64,000 nucleotides of DNA from Rickettsiales bacterium (GTDB lineage Bacteria > Pseudomonadota > Alphaproteobacteria > Rickettsiales > JALZUV01). Within the stretch, counting starts at the first letter, position 1. Every line of letters begins with the position of its first letter. The DNA is taken from assembly GCA_029252805.1 (NCBI GenBank), contig JAQXAR010000009.1:2400-66399 (forward strand). The letters run 5' to 3'. Of this stretch, positions 1-8,764 are shown one piece after another. The notes beneath the pieces are model-generated. The model was not told the DNA's origin, searched no databases, and worked only from the letters and a program-made list of their open reading frames with translations. The position numbers and the translations under genes were made by a program.

Positions 1-594
1 CAGTTTGCGGTGATTCTCTTTACCGGGTTGATGATTCACGCGCTGATGGCTGAAACGCTGACCAGCGCGGTGAGCTCGATTACGGGGCAGGCGAATTATG
101 TGAAAAAGATCATCTTTCCGCTGCCGATGTTGCCGCTCGTACCGCTCGGTGCGGCCTTGTTTCACCTAGCATTCTCTACGCTCATCTTGCTGGGCGCGAT
201 CTATTTTATTACCGGTACCCTCCATTTAACGGCGCTTTGGTTGCCGGTGGTGATGTTGCCTTTTATCATTGCGGTGATGGGTGCGGCATGGTTCTTAGCC
301 GCGCTAGGTGTGTATCTACGTGATATTGGCCAGATTATTGGGCTGGTTATGATGGCGATGTTGTTTCTGTCGCCGATCTTCTTTCCGCCTGAGGCGTTAC
401 CGGAAAGTTATCGTCCGATTCTGTCGCTTAATCCGCTGACTCTCATTATTACCCAAGCGCGCGAAGTGATGCTTTGGGGTGGGGTGCCAGCCTTTAAGTC
501 GCTCGCGATTTATGGCGGGGTTTCACTGGTCTTTACTGGATTGTGTTATGCGTTTTTTAAGCGCGTTCGTAAGGGGTTTGCCGATGTCCTCTAA
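1..594 (+). CDS. wzm: ABC-2 type polysaccharide/O-antigen export permease (Wzm/KpsM-like), 5' end cut by window edge
   Basis: The frame is open from base 1. The protein is multi-pass and hydrophobic. Its stop overlaps the ATG of the downstream Wzt-like ATPase. Confidence 0.8.
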   Translation, partial: QFAVILFTGLMIHALMAETLTSAVSSITGQANYVKKIIFPLPMLPLVPLGAALFHLAFSTLILLGAIYFITGTLHLTALWLPVVMLPFIIAVMGAAWFLAALGVYLRDIGQIIGLVMMAMLFLSPIFFPPEALPESYRPILSLNPLTLIITQAREVMLWGGVPAFKSLAIYGGVSLVFTGLCYAFFKRVRKGFADVL

Positions 595-1858
595 TGCCAT
601 TGTCGTGAATAACCTATCGAAGAGCTACAGGCTCTATGATTCGCCGCGCCAGCGTTTGTGGAGTTTGTTGCGTCCGGGGGGGGTGGGTATTGGTAAGCGT
701 TTTGATGCGCTAAAGCCGCTCTCCTTTGAAATTGAAGAAGGCCAAACCATTGGCATTATTGGCCGTAATGGTTCCGGTAAATCAACCTTGTTGCAATGTT
801 TGGCGGGTACATTGACACCGACGACGGGCGAGGCGAGCACTGACGGCACCGTCGCGGCGTTGCTTGAGTTGGGCGCTGGATTCAATCCTGATTTTACTGG
901 GCGCGAGAATGTCTATTTAAATGGCGCCATCCTTGGCTTTAGCCGTGAGTTGATGGCGGAGCGTATTGATTCTATCCTCGAATTTGCCAATATCGGCGAG
1001 TTTATTGATCGCCCGCTTTCGACTTATTCGAGCGGGATGGTGGTGCGGTTGGCCTTTGCTGTGGCCACGGCCGTGCAGCCGAAAGTATTGATTGTCGATG
1101 AAGCGTTGAGTGTCGGCGATGAAGCCTTCCAGCGTAAATGTTTCCGTCGTATTGAGCAGATGCGTGAGAGTGGCACCTCCATTCTATTTGTATCGCATTC
1201 GACGCAAGCCATTGTGCAGCTTTGTGATCGGGTCATCTGGCTCGATCGTGGCGATGTGATTATGGATGGCGAACCGAAGGCGATTACCGAAGAGTATCAT
1301 CGTTATTTGAATGCTCCAGCAGATCAGCGCGCGGCATTGCTTGAGCAAATCATTGCAGGTGAGGGCGCGGCGCTGACGGTGACGACAGAATCGAAAACGG
1401 GGCATGAATATGTGCCCAATGGTGGCCGTATTGAAGCGTTGCAGATTCTCACCAAGAAAGGTGAACCGATCACGACTCTATCACAGGGCGCAGATTATAA
1501 GATCCGTTATCAGATTCATTTTGAGGCGGATGTCGAGGATATTTGCTGCGGAATGATGCTGAAAAACCGTACCGGAGTGGAGGTGGCGGCGGCGACCTTG
1601 AGTCTCGGCGAGCATAAGGTGGAGCGTGCTAAGGCCGGCGAGTCAGTGCAGATTGAATATAATTTCACCTGTCATTTATGTCCGGGTATGTTCTTCCTTA
1701 ATGTGGGGGTGATGGGCAGTGTGGACGGCGATGAGCGTTATTTGCATCGCAAAGTCGATGCGATGGAGTTACAGGTGCTTACGCCGCGCAAAGTAAAAGG
1801 CATCACCTTGGGTGGCCTAACCGATTTGAATTTTAGCAGCAAGGTAGAGGTATTATGA
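584..1858 (+). CDS. wzt: O-antigen/polysaccharide ABC exporter ATP-binding protein with extended C-terminal domain (Wzt-like)
   Basis: Walker A GRNGSGKST, ABC signature YSSGMVVRL and Walker B LIVDEALSVGD are present. About 180 residues follow the NBD. I chose the ATG at 584 (MSSNAIVVNNL) rather than the track start at 479 because it overlaps the wzm stop. Confidence 0.85.
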   Translation: MSSNAIVVNNLSKSYRLYDSPRQRLWSLLRPGGVGIGKRFDALKPLSFEIEEGQTIGIIGRNGSGKSTLLQCLAGTLTPTTGEASTDGTVAALLELGAGFNPDFTGRENVYLNGAILGFSRELMAERIDSILEFANIGEFIDRPLSTYSSGMVVRLAFAVATAVQPKVLIVDEALSVGDEAFQRKCFRRIEQMRESGTSILFVSHSTQAIVQLCDRVIWLDRGDVIMDGEPKAITEEYHRYLNAPADQRAALLEQIIAGEGAALTVTTESKTGHEYVPNGGRIEALQILTKKGEPITTLSQGADYKIRYQIHFEADVEDICCGMMLKNRTGVEVAAATLSLGEHKVERAKAGESVQIEYNFTCHLCPGMFFLNVGVMGSVDGDERYLHRKVDAMELQVLTPRKVKGITLGGLTDLNFSSKVEVL

Positions 1859-1976
1859 TTCATTCTTTAATCTCAAGGATAGGCTGGAAAAGCCGCCCCG
1901 CCAGATTTTTGGCGCAGTCTGCGCAGTGCGGTGAGCGCCTCTTGAATTTGGAACAAAATCAAGAGGGAGAAGTATT

Positions 1977-2666
1977 ATGAAGCCCTCCGCTTATTATGAC
2001 CCGAATGCGATTACGCGTGAAGTAGAGCAAGGGCGGCATCGTGCAGCGATTGGTGGTTTGTGGGATGAAATGGGGCAATTGCAGCTCGATTTTCTTAAAA
2101 GCGAAGGCCTGACGCCGGAGCATAAAGTATTGGATATTGGCTGTGGCGCTTTGCGTTTCGGCCATTTGGCCGTCGATTATCTCGATGCAGGCAACTACTA
2201 TGGGCAAGATTTGGCGCAAGAGCTCATTCAGGCGGGGTATGAGCAAGAATTGAGTGATGAGCTGCGTTTGAAGCTGCCACAGTCGAACTTGGCGGCGAAT
2301 GCGGAATTTGATTTCTCGCACCTGAATGCGCCGATGGATTGCGCGATCGCACAATCGGTCTTTACGCACCTTCCCCTTAATCATATACGCCAGTGTTTAA
2401 TTCAGCTCGAATCACATATGGTGGCGGGCGGGGTTTTCTACGCGACCTTTTTCTTATGCCCGGAGGGGCACGCTTTGACGCAAGCTTATTCCCAAAATGG
2501 CGCTATTGAGGGCGAACCGGTCATCACGACCAGCTTGAGTGACCCGTATCACTATCGAATTTCTGACTTTGAATATGCGATTTCGGGGCTTTCTTGGCGT
2601 TTAGAGGGGGCGGGCGAATGGAACCATCCGCGCGGCCAGCAAATGTTAAAATTTGTAAAGCAGTAG
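1977..2666 (+). CDS. class I SAM-dependent methyltransferase
   Basis: Motif I-like VLDIGCGALRFG is present. The length is 229 aa. A GGGAGAAG ribosome-binding site lies upstream. Confidence 0.7.
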   Translation: MKPSAYYDPNAITREVEQGRHRAAIGGLWDEMGQLQLDFLKSEGLTPEHKVLDIGCGALRFGHLAVDYLDAGNYYGQDLAQELIQAGYEQELSDELRLKLPQSNLAANAEFDFSHLNAPMDCAIAQSVFTHLPLNHIRQCLIQLESHMVAGGVFYATFFLCPEGHALTQAYSQNGAIEGEPVITTSLSDPYHYRISDFEYAISGLSWRLEGAGEWNHPRGQQMLKFVKQ

Positions 2667-2884
2667 CGCAAAGCAAGCACTAGCGCGCGTTGCGACAAGG
2701 TGACAGGTTGTTATTTTTGCAACACGTGCATAAACCTTAGATTCTACCGCGATTTCTGTCTTATTTATGCTTGCAATTAGGTTGGGTGGAGTTATGACTA
2801 GTGTGATTTCAAAGCTCTCTTTGGGGAGCGTAATGAATAGATTTTGGCTTAAAGTTTTAGTAAATAAAGGAAGAGGTTTTCCAA

Positions 2885-5398
2885 ATGACAACATATAGTT
2901 TTGATACCGTTCTAGGCCAGAGCATTGCATTCGACCAGGATGCTGATGATCTGAATATTGCCTATGGCGCAGACGTAGTAACGCTTACACAATCAGGTAC
3001 TTCGCTGATTGTTACCGTTGCTAACATTGGTACAGTAACATTGACAGGCACAACTCTCGGCGAACTCGTCGGTAGCGGTACTAACCAAAATATCTCAGTT
3101 GCTAGTGGCACTCTTACAGTGGGTGACAACACAACTAACGACGCGCTAGACGCAACAGCGAATACTATCGCTGGTACAACTGGTAGTGACCTTATCTTCG
3201 GTATGGGCGGTGGCGACACTCTCTCAACTGGCTTGTTGGGTAACGATGTTGTCTACGGTGGTACAGGTGAAACTGACAGCACTGATGGTGCTGACGCTAT
3301 CACAGCGACTACAACGGGTAACCTAACGCTCTTCGCTAACGCAGGTAACGATACTGTTACTTTGGGCGATACGCTTGCGGGTAACACGGTGAATGCTAAC
3401 ACAGGTCTGGGTAACGATACTGTTACTTTGGGTGCTGCGGCGGCTGGTTCAACGGTTAACCTTAACCTCGCTGATGGCGCTGATATCGTAAACTCTGCAA
3501 TTGTTGCTGGTTCTTTGAATATCACTGCTGGCGGTGGTGCTGATGTTATCAGTACTGCGACAGTTACAGGTGATGTAAGCATCATCGGTGGTGCAGGCAC
3601 AACTGATTCTCTTGATGGTGGCGACACGATCACATTGGGTGTTCATAACGCAACTGTTTATGGTAACGCTGGTGTTGATACGATTAACTACGCTGGTAAA
3701 GCAAGCGGAACAACTTTCGTTAATGCGGGTATCGGCAACGATACTATCACTGATGGCGCAACTGCGGCTGTTGGCGCAGTAACACTTCAGGGTGGTTGGG
3801 GTGATGACTCTATCATTCTTAGCGATGCTGGCGTAACGTCTGCTGTTGTTTACGGTGGTAACGGCGAAACTGATGCAAACACACTTGAAGGTGCTGATAC
3901 GATTACAGTAACGGATGGTGGTGCATTGGCATCTGCTGGTATCTTCGGTAACGCAGGCAACGATATCATCTCTTATATCGGTACTGATAACACGGTAACT
4001 GCTACAGCAACGATCAACGGTGGCTTGGGTGACGATACAGTTAACGTAACCGCTTCTGCTTTGGATACAGTGACGATCACTGCTTCTGCAGGTAACGACA
4101 CAATCGACGTTGCAACTATCGGTGATACTAACGTAACAATCGTAGGCATGGATTCTTCTGATAGCCTAGTTAACCTCGATTTCGGTAATGCTGCAGGTAT
4201 CGCATCTACAGCTTTGACGGTTGCTCAGGGTTCTACAGGTACAGTGATCGAATCTGGTGCTAACGGCGCCTTGGTTCTTTCTGGTTTCCTTGGTGACCTG
4301 AACTTGACTTTGGCTGATAGCTCTAAGTTGATTGCTAACTTCGACGGTGGTGCTGATACTCTAACGGGTTCTGCACAGGCTGATCATTTGATCGCTGGTA
4401 CTGCGGGTGACACGTTCAGCTTTGCTGAAGCTAACTTTGCTGCAGGTGATGTTCTCGCCGGTGGTGCAGGTACTGATATCCTGACCTTCACTGATGCTCC
4501 AACGATCACAGCTGCTGAGCTTGCTAATAAAACAAGTGTCGACACGGTTAAGTTTGCTGATTTTGCAAGTAGTATCGTAGTGGGTACAGCTGCTGAAGCC
4601 GCTGGCATTAGCACGGTTGATGCAACTGTATTGACTTCAGGTAACGCCCTGACGTTGACTGATACAGGTGCAACGACTGCTAATACCTTTAGCGTATTAG
4701 GTGGTGCTGGTAACGATGGTATCGATCTTGGTGAAGCGACTGGTAACGTAACTGTAAATGGTAACGGTGGTAACGATACTATCGTGACATTCAGCGGTAC
4801 TGATACAGTTGACGGTGGTGCGGGTAATGACTCGATCACTACAGGTGCTGGCATTGATAGCATTACGGGTGGCGAAGGTAACGATACAATCGTTGCAGGC
4901 GCTGGTAACGACATCATCTCTGGCGGTGCTGGTAATGATGGAATCACCGGTGGTGTGGGTGTTGAAGCTCTCTCCGGTGGTACAGGTACTGATACCTTTA
5001 CTTTCGCAGCGACTGACACGTCAACTGCTGCTGGTACAGATGCTGCTTTGGTTGCCTCTGTAGATAGCATCACTGATTGGGTGACTGCTGACGATACGCT
5101 AGCATTCACCGACCAAGGTACTGAAGTATTTACTGCACAATCTACGACTCAGGCTGTTCTTGCAGCTCTGAACGCAGGTGCAGGCGCTTCGACGCTTCTT
5201 GAAGCGGCAAACGCTGCTGAAGCTAGTCTGGCAACTGGTGCGGTTAACGCGCAAGGTACGTCATTCCAGTTCGGTGGTAACACTTACGCATTGGTTACTA
5301 ACGATGCTACGGGTACTTTCACTGCGGGTGTAGACATCCTAGTGAAACTTGACGGTGCGTTTACGCTCACTGTTGCTGACTTCTCTACTTTCGCTTAG
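2885..5398 (+). CDS. secreted RTX-type repeat protein, candidate S-layer (RsaA-like) type I secretion substrate
   Basis: The protein is 837 aa and rich in T/G/A/D/N, with no Cys and apparently no Arg. Degenerate xGNDTxT units occur throughout, and a canonical GGxGxD nonapeptide run lies at about nt 4701-5010. There is no N-terminal signal peptide. The gene sits directly upstream of T1SS ABC and MFP genes. Confidence 0.8.
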   Translation: MTTYSFDTVLGQSIAFDQDADDLNIAYGADVVTLTQSGTSLIVTVANIGTVTLTGTTLGELVGSGTNQNISVASGTLTVGDNTTNDALDATANTIAGTTGSDLIFGMGGGDTLSTGLLGNDVVYGGTGETDSTDGADAITATTTGNLTLFANAGNDTVTLGDTLAGNTVNANTGLGNDTVTLGAAAAGSTVNLNLADGADIVNSAIVAGSLNITAGGGADVISTATVTGDVSIIGGAGTTDSLDGGDTITLGVHNATVYGNAGVDTINYAGKASGTTFVNAGIGNDTITDGATAAVGAVTLQGGWGDDSIILSDAGVTSAVVYGGNGETDANTLEGADTITVTDGGALASAGIFGNAGNDIISYIGTDNTVTATATINGGLGDDTVNVTASALDTVTITASAGNDTIDVATIGDTNVTIVGMDSSDSLVNLDFGNAAGIASTALTVAQGSTGTVIESGANGALVLSGFLGDLNLTLADSSKLIANFDGGADTLTGSAQADHLIAGTAGDTFSFAEANFAAGDVLAGGAGTDILTFTDAPTITAAELANKTSVDTVKFADFASSIVVGTAAEAAGISTVDATVLTSGNALTLTDTGATTANTFSVLGGAGNDGIDLGEATGNVTVNGNGGNDTIVTFSGTDTVDGGAGNDSITTGAGIDSITGGEGNDTIVAGAGNDIISGGAGNDGITGGVGVEALSGGTGTDTFTFAATDTSTAAGTDAALVASVDSITDWVTADDTLAFTDQGTEVFTAQSTTQAVLAALNAGAGASTLLEAANAAEASLATGAVNAQGTSFQFGGNTYALVTNDATGTFTAGVDILVKLDGAFTLTVADFSTFA

Positions 5399-5424
5399 AA
5401 CGAAGTTAAGTCACACAAGAAATT

Positions 5425-5458
5425 GGGCCGGGAGGGAAACTTTCCGGCCCTTTTCTTT
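5425..5458 (+). terminator. rho-independent terminator after the RTX/S-layer-like gene
   Basis: The hairpin GGGCCGGA ... TCCGGCCC is followed by TTTTCTTT. Confidence 0.8.
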
Positions 5459-5521
5459 GTCTAAATTTTGAGCTATCTCAACGGTTGCCCTTTTAGATGA
5501 TTCGGTTATAGTCCCGCCATT

Positions 5522-7264
5522 ATGGCACCACAAAATAAAGCCCAAGAGCGAGAGCTCGCAAAAATTGTTAAGCTAGCGAAGCGACCGCTTTACTGGGTAT
5601 TCGTATTCTCTTTTGCGGCGAATATGCTGATGCTTGCTATGCCGATTTATACGCTGCAAGTGCTCGATCGTGTGATCATGAGCTATAACTTCAACACGCT
5701 CTTAATGCTGACCTTGGTTGCGACGGGCTGTTTGGTGTTCTATGCGATCTTTACCGCTATACGTGGTGTGATATTGGCGCGTATGAGTGATTGGCTGCAA
5801 TCCTTGCTTTCGCCTCGTTTGATGGCGGTTGCGATTGAAAATAGCGCGATTGGTATTCCGGCCAGCGCCGGGCAGTTCCAACGTGAGCTACACTCATTGC
5901 GCAACTTTATTTCGGGGCAGGGTATTACCAGCTTATTGGATACGCCGTGGTCGATCATTTTCATTATTACGATCTATCTGATCAACCCGCTTCTTGGTCT
6001 GCTTTCGCTTGTCGGTGCGGTCCTCTTATTGGGCTTTGGTGTTGCGGTGGAGCTTTCAACGAAGAAGCCTGTCGATGATGCGAATGAACTGGCGAATCAG
6101 AATATGCTTTTTGCCGATGCGGCAAGCCGTAACGCCGAAGTGATTGAGGCGATGGGGATGTTGCCGACCTTAACAACCTTGTGGAAGTCGCATAGCGATC
6201 GCGCCCAGGTTTTGACGGCTCTGGCTGGGGATCGTTCGAATCTCCTCGTCTCGCTTTCGCGTTTTGTGCGGATGGGATTGCAAATTGCCGTGATTGGCGT
6301 CGGTGCATGGCTTGCCCTACAAAATGAACTGACCGTCGGTGGTATGATTGGTGCCTCGATTCTGATGGGGCGTGCGCTCGCACCGTTTGAAGGCGCGATT
6401 GGTACGTGGAAACAGCTGATTCTAGCGCGTGATGCTTATCATCGTTTGGATAGTGCTTTGACGGATGTGCCGCGTTTGCGCGGGACGATGCAAATGCCGG
6501 CTCCGGGCGGGACTCTACAGGTAGAGCAACTGGTCTATACGCCACCACGTGGGTCCGCGCCGATTTTGAAGGCTGTTTCTTTCGCGTTAAATGCGAATGA
6601 GAGTCTCGGGCTGATAGGTCCCTCTGCTGCCGGTAAATCAACCTTAGCGCGTTTGCTCATGGGTATCTTGCCGCCAACGCATGGTTCAGTGCGTTTGGAT
6701 GGGGTGGATATTTTCCATTGGAACCGTGAAGATCTGGGGCAATATGTGGGTTACTTGCCGCAAAATGTTGAACTTTTCCCGGGCACAATTCGCGAAAATA
6801 TCGCGCGGATGGAACCGGATGCGAAGGATGAAGATATCATCGCTGCCGCACAATTTGCTGGTTGTCATGAAATGATTTTACGTTTGCCGCAAGGCTATGA
6901 AACAGAATTCAATGCGCTTTCGGTGAGTCTGTCTCCCGGGCAACGCCAGCGCGTAGGTCTTGCGCGTGCGCTTTATAAGAGACCGTCTTTTGTCGTGTTG
7001 GATGAGCCAAATGCCAATCTGGATGGCGAAGGCGAGACGGCGTTACGTGAAACGATTATTCGCATGAAAGAAGCGAGTATCACCTTTATCTTAGTGGCGC
7101 ATAAGCCGTCAATCGTGACCAGCGTTGATAAGATCCTGATGTTAAAGGACGGGATGATTAAAGATTTTGGTCTGCGCGATGAAGTCTTGAGTAAATATAC
7201 GCAAGCGCAGCCTGCACCGGCTTCCAGTAAAAAAATAAAACCAGCAAAACCAAAGGCAGAGTAA
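5522..7264 (+). CDS. type I secretion system ABC permease/ATPase (PrtD/AprD/RsaD type, no C39 peptidase domain)
   Basis: The N-terminal half contains the transmembrane domain. Walker A GPSAAGKST, signature LSPGQRQRV and Walker B VVLDEPNANLD are present. Length is 580 aa. Confidence 0.9.
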   Translation: MAPQNKAQERELAKIVKLAKRPLYWVFVFSFAANMLMLAMPIYTLQVLDRVIMSYNFNTLLMLTLVATGCLVFYAIFTAIRGVILARMSDWLQSLLSPRLMAVAIENSAIGIPASAGQFQRELHSLRNFISGQGITSLLDTPWSIIFIITIYLINPLLGLLSLVGAVLLLGFGVAVELSTKKPVDDANELANQNMLFADAASRNAEVIEAMGMLPTLTTLWKSHSDRAQVLTALAGDRSNLLVSLSRFVRMGLQIAVIGVGAWLALQNELTVGGMIGASILMGRALAPFEGAIGTWKQLILARDAYHRLDSALTDVPRLRGTMQMPAPGGTLQVEQLVYTPPRGSAPILKAVSFALNANESLGLIGPSAAGKSTLARLLMGILPPTHGSVRLDGVDIFHWNREDLGQYVGYLPQNVELFPGTIRENIARMEPDAKDEDIIAAAQFAGCHEMILRLPQGYETEFNALSVSLSPGQRQRVGLARALYKRPSFVVLDEPNANLDGEGETALRETIIRMKEASITFILVAHKPSIVTSVDKILMLKDGMIKDFGLRDEVLSKYTQAQPAPASSKKIKPAKPKAE

Positions 7265-8751
7265 TGGGCGAAGAATCGTTACCTCTAAAAGCCGAAACGG
7301 CTCAAATTCCTGCAGATCAAGCGATTGATGGTTCGGCGCAAGCTGCTGCGCCTGACGAGATGCAATCTCCTTTAGAAAAGGTGATGCCATTGATCAGTCG
7401 TGTCATGGGGCTCTTGGACTATGTCAATAACTGGATGGCTCCTGCTTCATCGGGAGGCGATACGCCTAATGATGTGACGCGTCAGCCGATTATTGTGGGC
7501 GGCTGGATGATGATTTTCGTTTTCGGTTTCCTTGGCTTATGGGCAGCGTTTGCGCCGCTTGCGAGTGCGGCAATTGCACCGGGTAAGATCATTCTTTCCG
7601 GTAACAAAAAGACGATTCAGCATTTAGAAGGCGGGATTGTCGAAGAGATTTATGTCCGTGAAGGACAGACGATTAAAGCCGGTCAGCCACTTATTCGCTT
7701 GAATGAAACCGCAGCACGTGCGCGGATGGATTTGTTTGGTAAGCAATACCAAACTGCCCGCGCAACGGAAGCGCGTTTGATTGCAGAGCGTGACGATACG
7801 CCAGAGATTGCCTTTCCGGATGAGTTACTCAATCCAGAAAAGCCGACCCAAACCCTGACAGAAATTATTATCAGCCAGAAGCGCTTATTTGAGTCTCGTC
7901 GTGCGAGCGTGCAAGGGCAGGCCAAAGTATTAGAGCAGAAGAAGGCACAGTTTAGAGAAGAGATTGTTGGTTTGCAGGCACAGATTGATTCTGCCTCTGA
8001 GCAAATTGCGCTTTTGGCTGAAGAGATTCGCGCCGTGCGTAAACTCCTCAAGCAAGGCAATGCGCAAAAGCCGCGTCTGTTGGCATTGCAACGCCAGCAA
8101 GCGAGCCTCAAGGGCGATCGTGGTAACTTTAAAGCGCGTATTTCACGTGCGGAACAATCCATCGCTGAGGCTGATCTCCAAATTATCAATGGTCGCAATG
8201 AGTTTGCTAATAAAGTGGCGACAGAAAAGCGCGAAACGGTTGATAAGATAGCCGACCTTCAGGAGCGTCTAAAGGCTTCCGCCGACATCATTGACCGTAT
8301 TATCATTAATGCGCCTTTGTCGGGCATTATAACGGCGTTAAAAGTGCATACGATTGGTGGAGTGATCCGCCCCGGTGATGCGATCATGGAAATTGTACCG
8401 ATTGATGAGTTACTGGTTGAAGCGAAAGTATCACCGCAAGATATTGATGTAGTGCGCCCCGGCTTAAAGGCACGTGTTATGCTCTCAGCCTATGCTACAC
8501 GCCGTGTGCCACCTTTGAATGCGGAGGTGATACATGTATCACCGGATCGTTTTGAAGATAAGCGTACCGGGATGCCTTATTACAGTGCGCGTATCCGTGT
8601 GAGTGAAAAGGCTTTAGAAGAGAATGAGGGTATCCATCTTTCACCGGGCATGCCAGCCGATACGTTGATTGTAACGGGTGAGCGCAGTGTGCTTTCTTAT
8701 TTGATGACGCCGATTACAGACAGCTTCCGCAAGGCTTTCCGCGAAGAGTAG
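7264..8751 (+). CDS. type I secretion membrane fusion protein (HlyD/PrtE/RsaE family)
   Basis: The start overlaps the ABC gene stop (TAATG). The protein has a single N-terminal TM segment, a long coiled-coil middle and a HlyD-like C-terminal barrel region (GMPADTLIVTGERSVLSYL). Confidence 0.9.
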   Translation: MGEESLPLKAETAQIPADQAIDGSAQAAAPDEMQSPLEKVMPLISRVMGLLDYVNNWMAPASSGGDTPNDVTRQPIIVGGWMMIFVFGFLGLWAAFAPLASAAIAPGKIILSGNKKTIQHLEGGIVEEIYVREGQTIKAGQPLIRLNETAARARMDLFGKQYQTARATEARLIAERDDTPEIAFPDELLNPEKPTQTLTEIIISQKRLFESRRASVQGQAKVLEQKKAQFREEIVGLQAQIDSASEQIALLAEEIRAVRKLLKQGNAQKPRLLALQRQQASLKGDRGNFKARISRAEQSIAEADLQIINGRNEFANKVATEKRETVDKIADLQERLKASADIIDRIIINAPLSGIITALKVHTIGGVIRPGDAIMEIVPIDELLVEAKVSPQDIDVVRPGLKARVMLSAYATRRVPPLNAEVIHVSPDRFEDKRTGMPYYSARIRVSEKALEENEGIHLSPGMPADTLIVTGERSVLSYLMTPITDSFRKAFREE

Positions 8752-8764
8752 TCGTTCACTGAGC

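Noticed and set aside
479-583. The track gives the wzt ORF a 35-codon N-terminal extension.
   Set aside because: The extension overlaps the wzm coding region and has no ABC-like sequence. The ATG at 584 gives a typical NBD N-terminus and a coupled stop/start with wzm.
2646-2930. A 94-aa minus-strand ORF lies in the leader region of the RTX gene.
   Set aside because: It overlaps the start of the RTX gene and the stop of the methyltransferase gene, and has no ribosome-binding site or motifs. The region is better explained as promoter and 5' UTR.
2962-5109. Long antisense and off-frame ORFs lie inside the RTX/S-layer-like gene (2962-3219, 3253-3633, 3449-3646, 4384-5109, 4809-5063).
   Set aside because: They are products of the repetitive GGT/GCT/ACT/GAT codon pattern on the sense strand. 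Their translations are low-complexity Pro/Ser/Val strings with no start context. The sense frame carries clear RTX motifs.
5982-6641. A 219-aa antisense ORF lies inside the T1SS ABC gene.
   Set aside because: It is fully embedded opposite a gene with unambiguous ABC transporter motifs. Its Arg/Ser/His-rich translation is typical of antisense reading of a GC-rich coding region.
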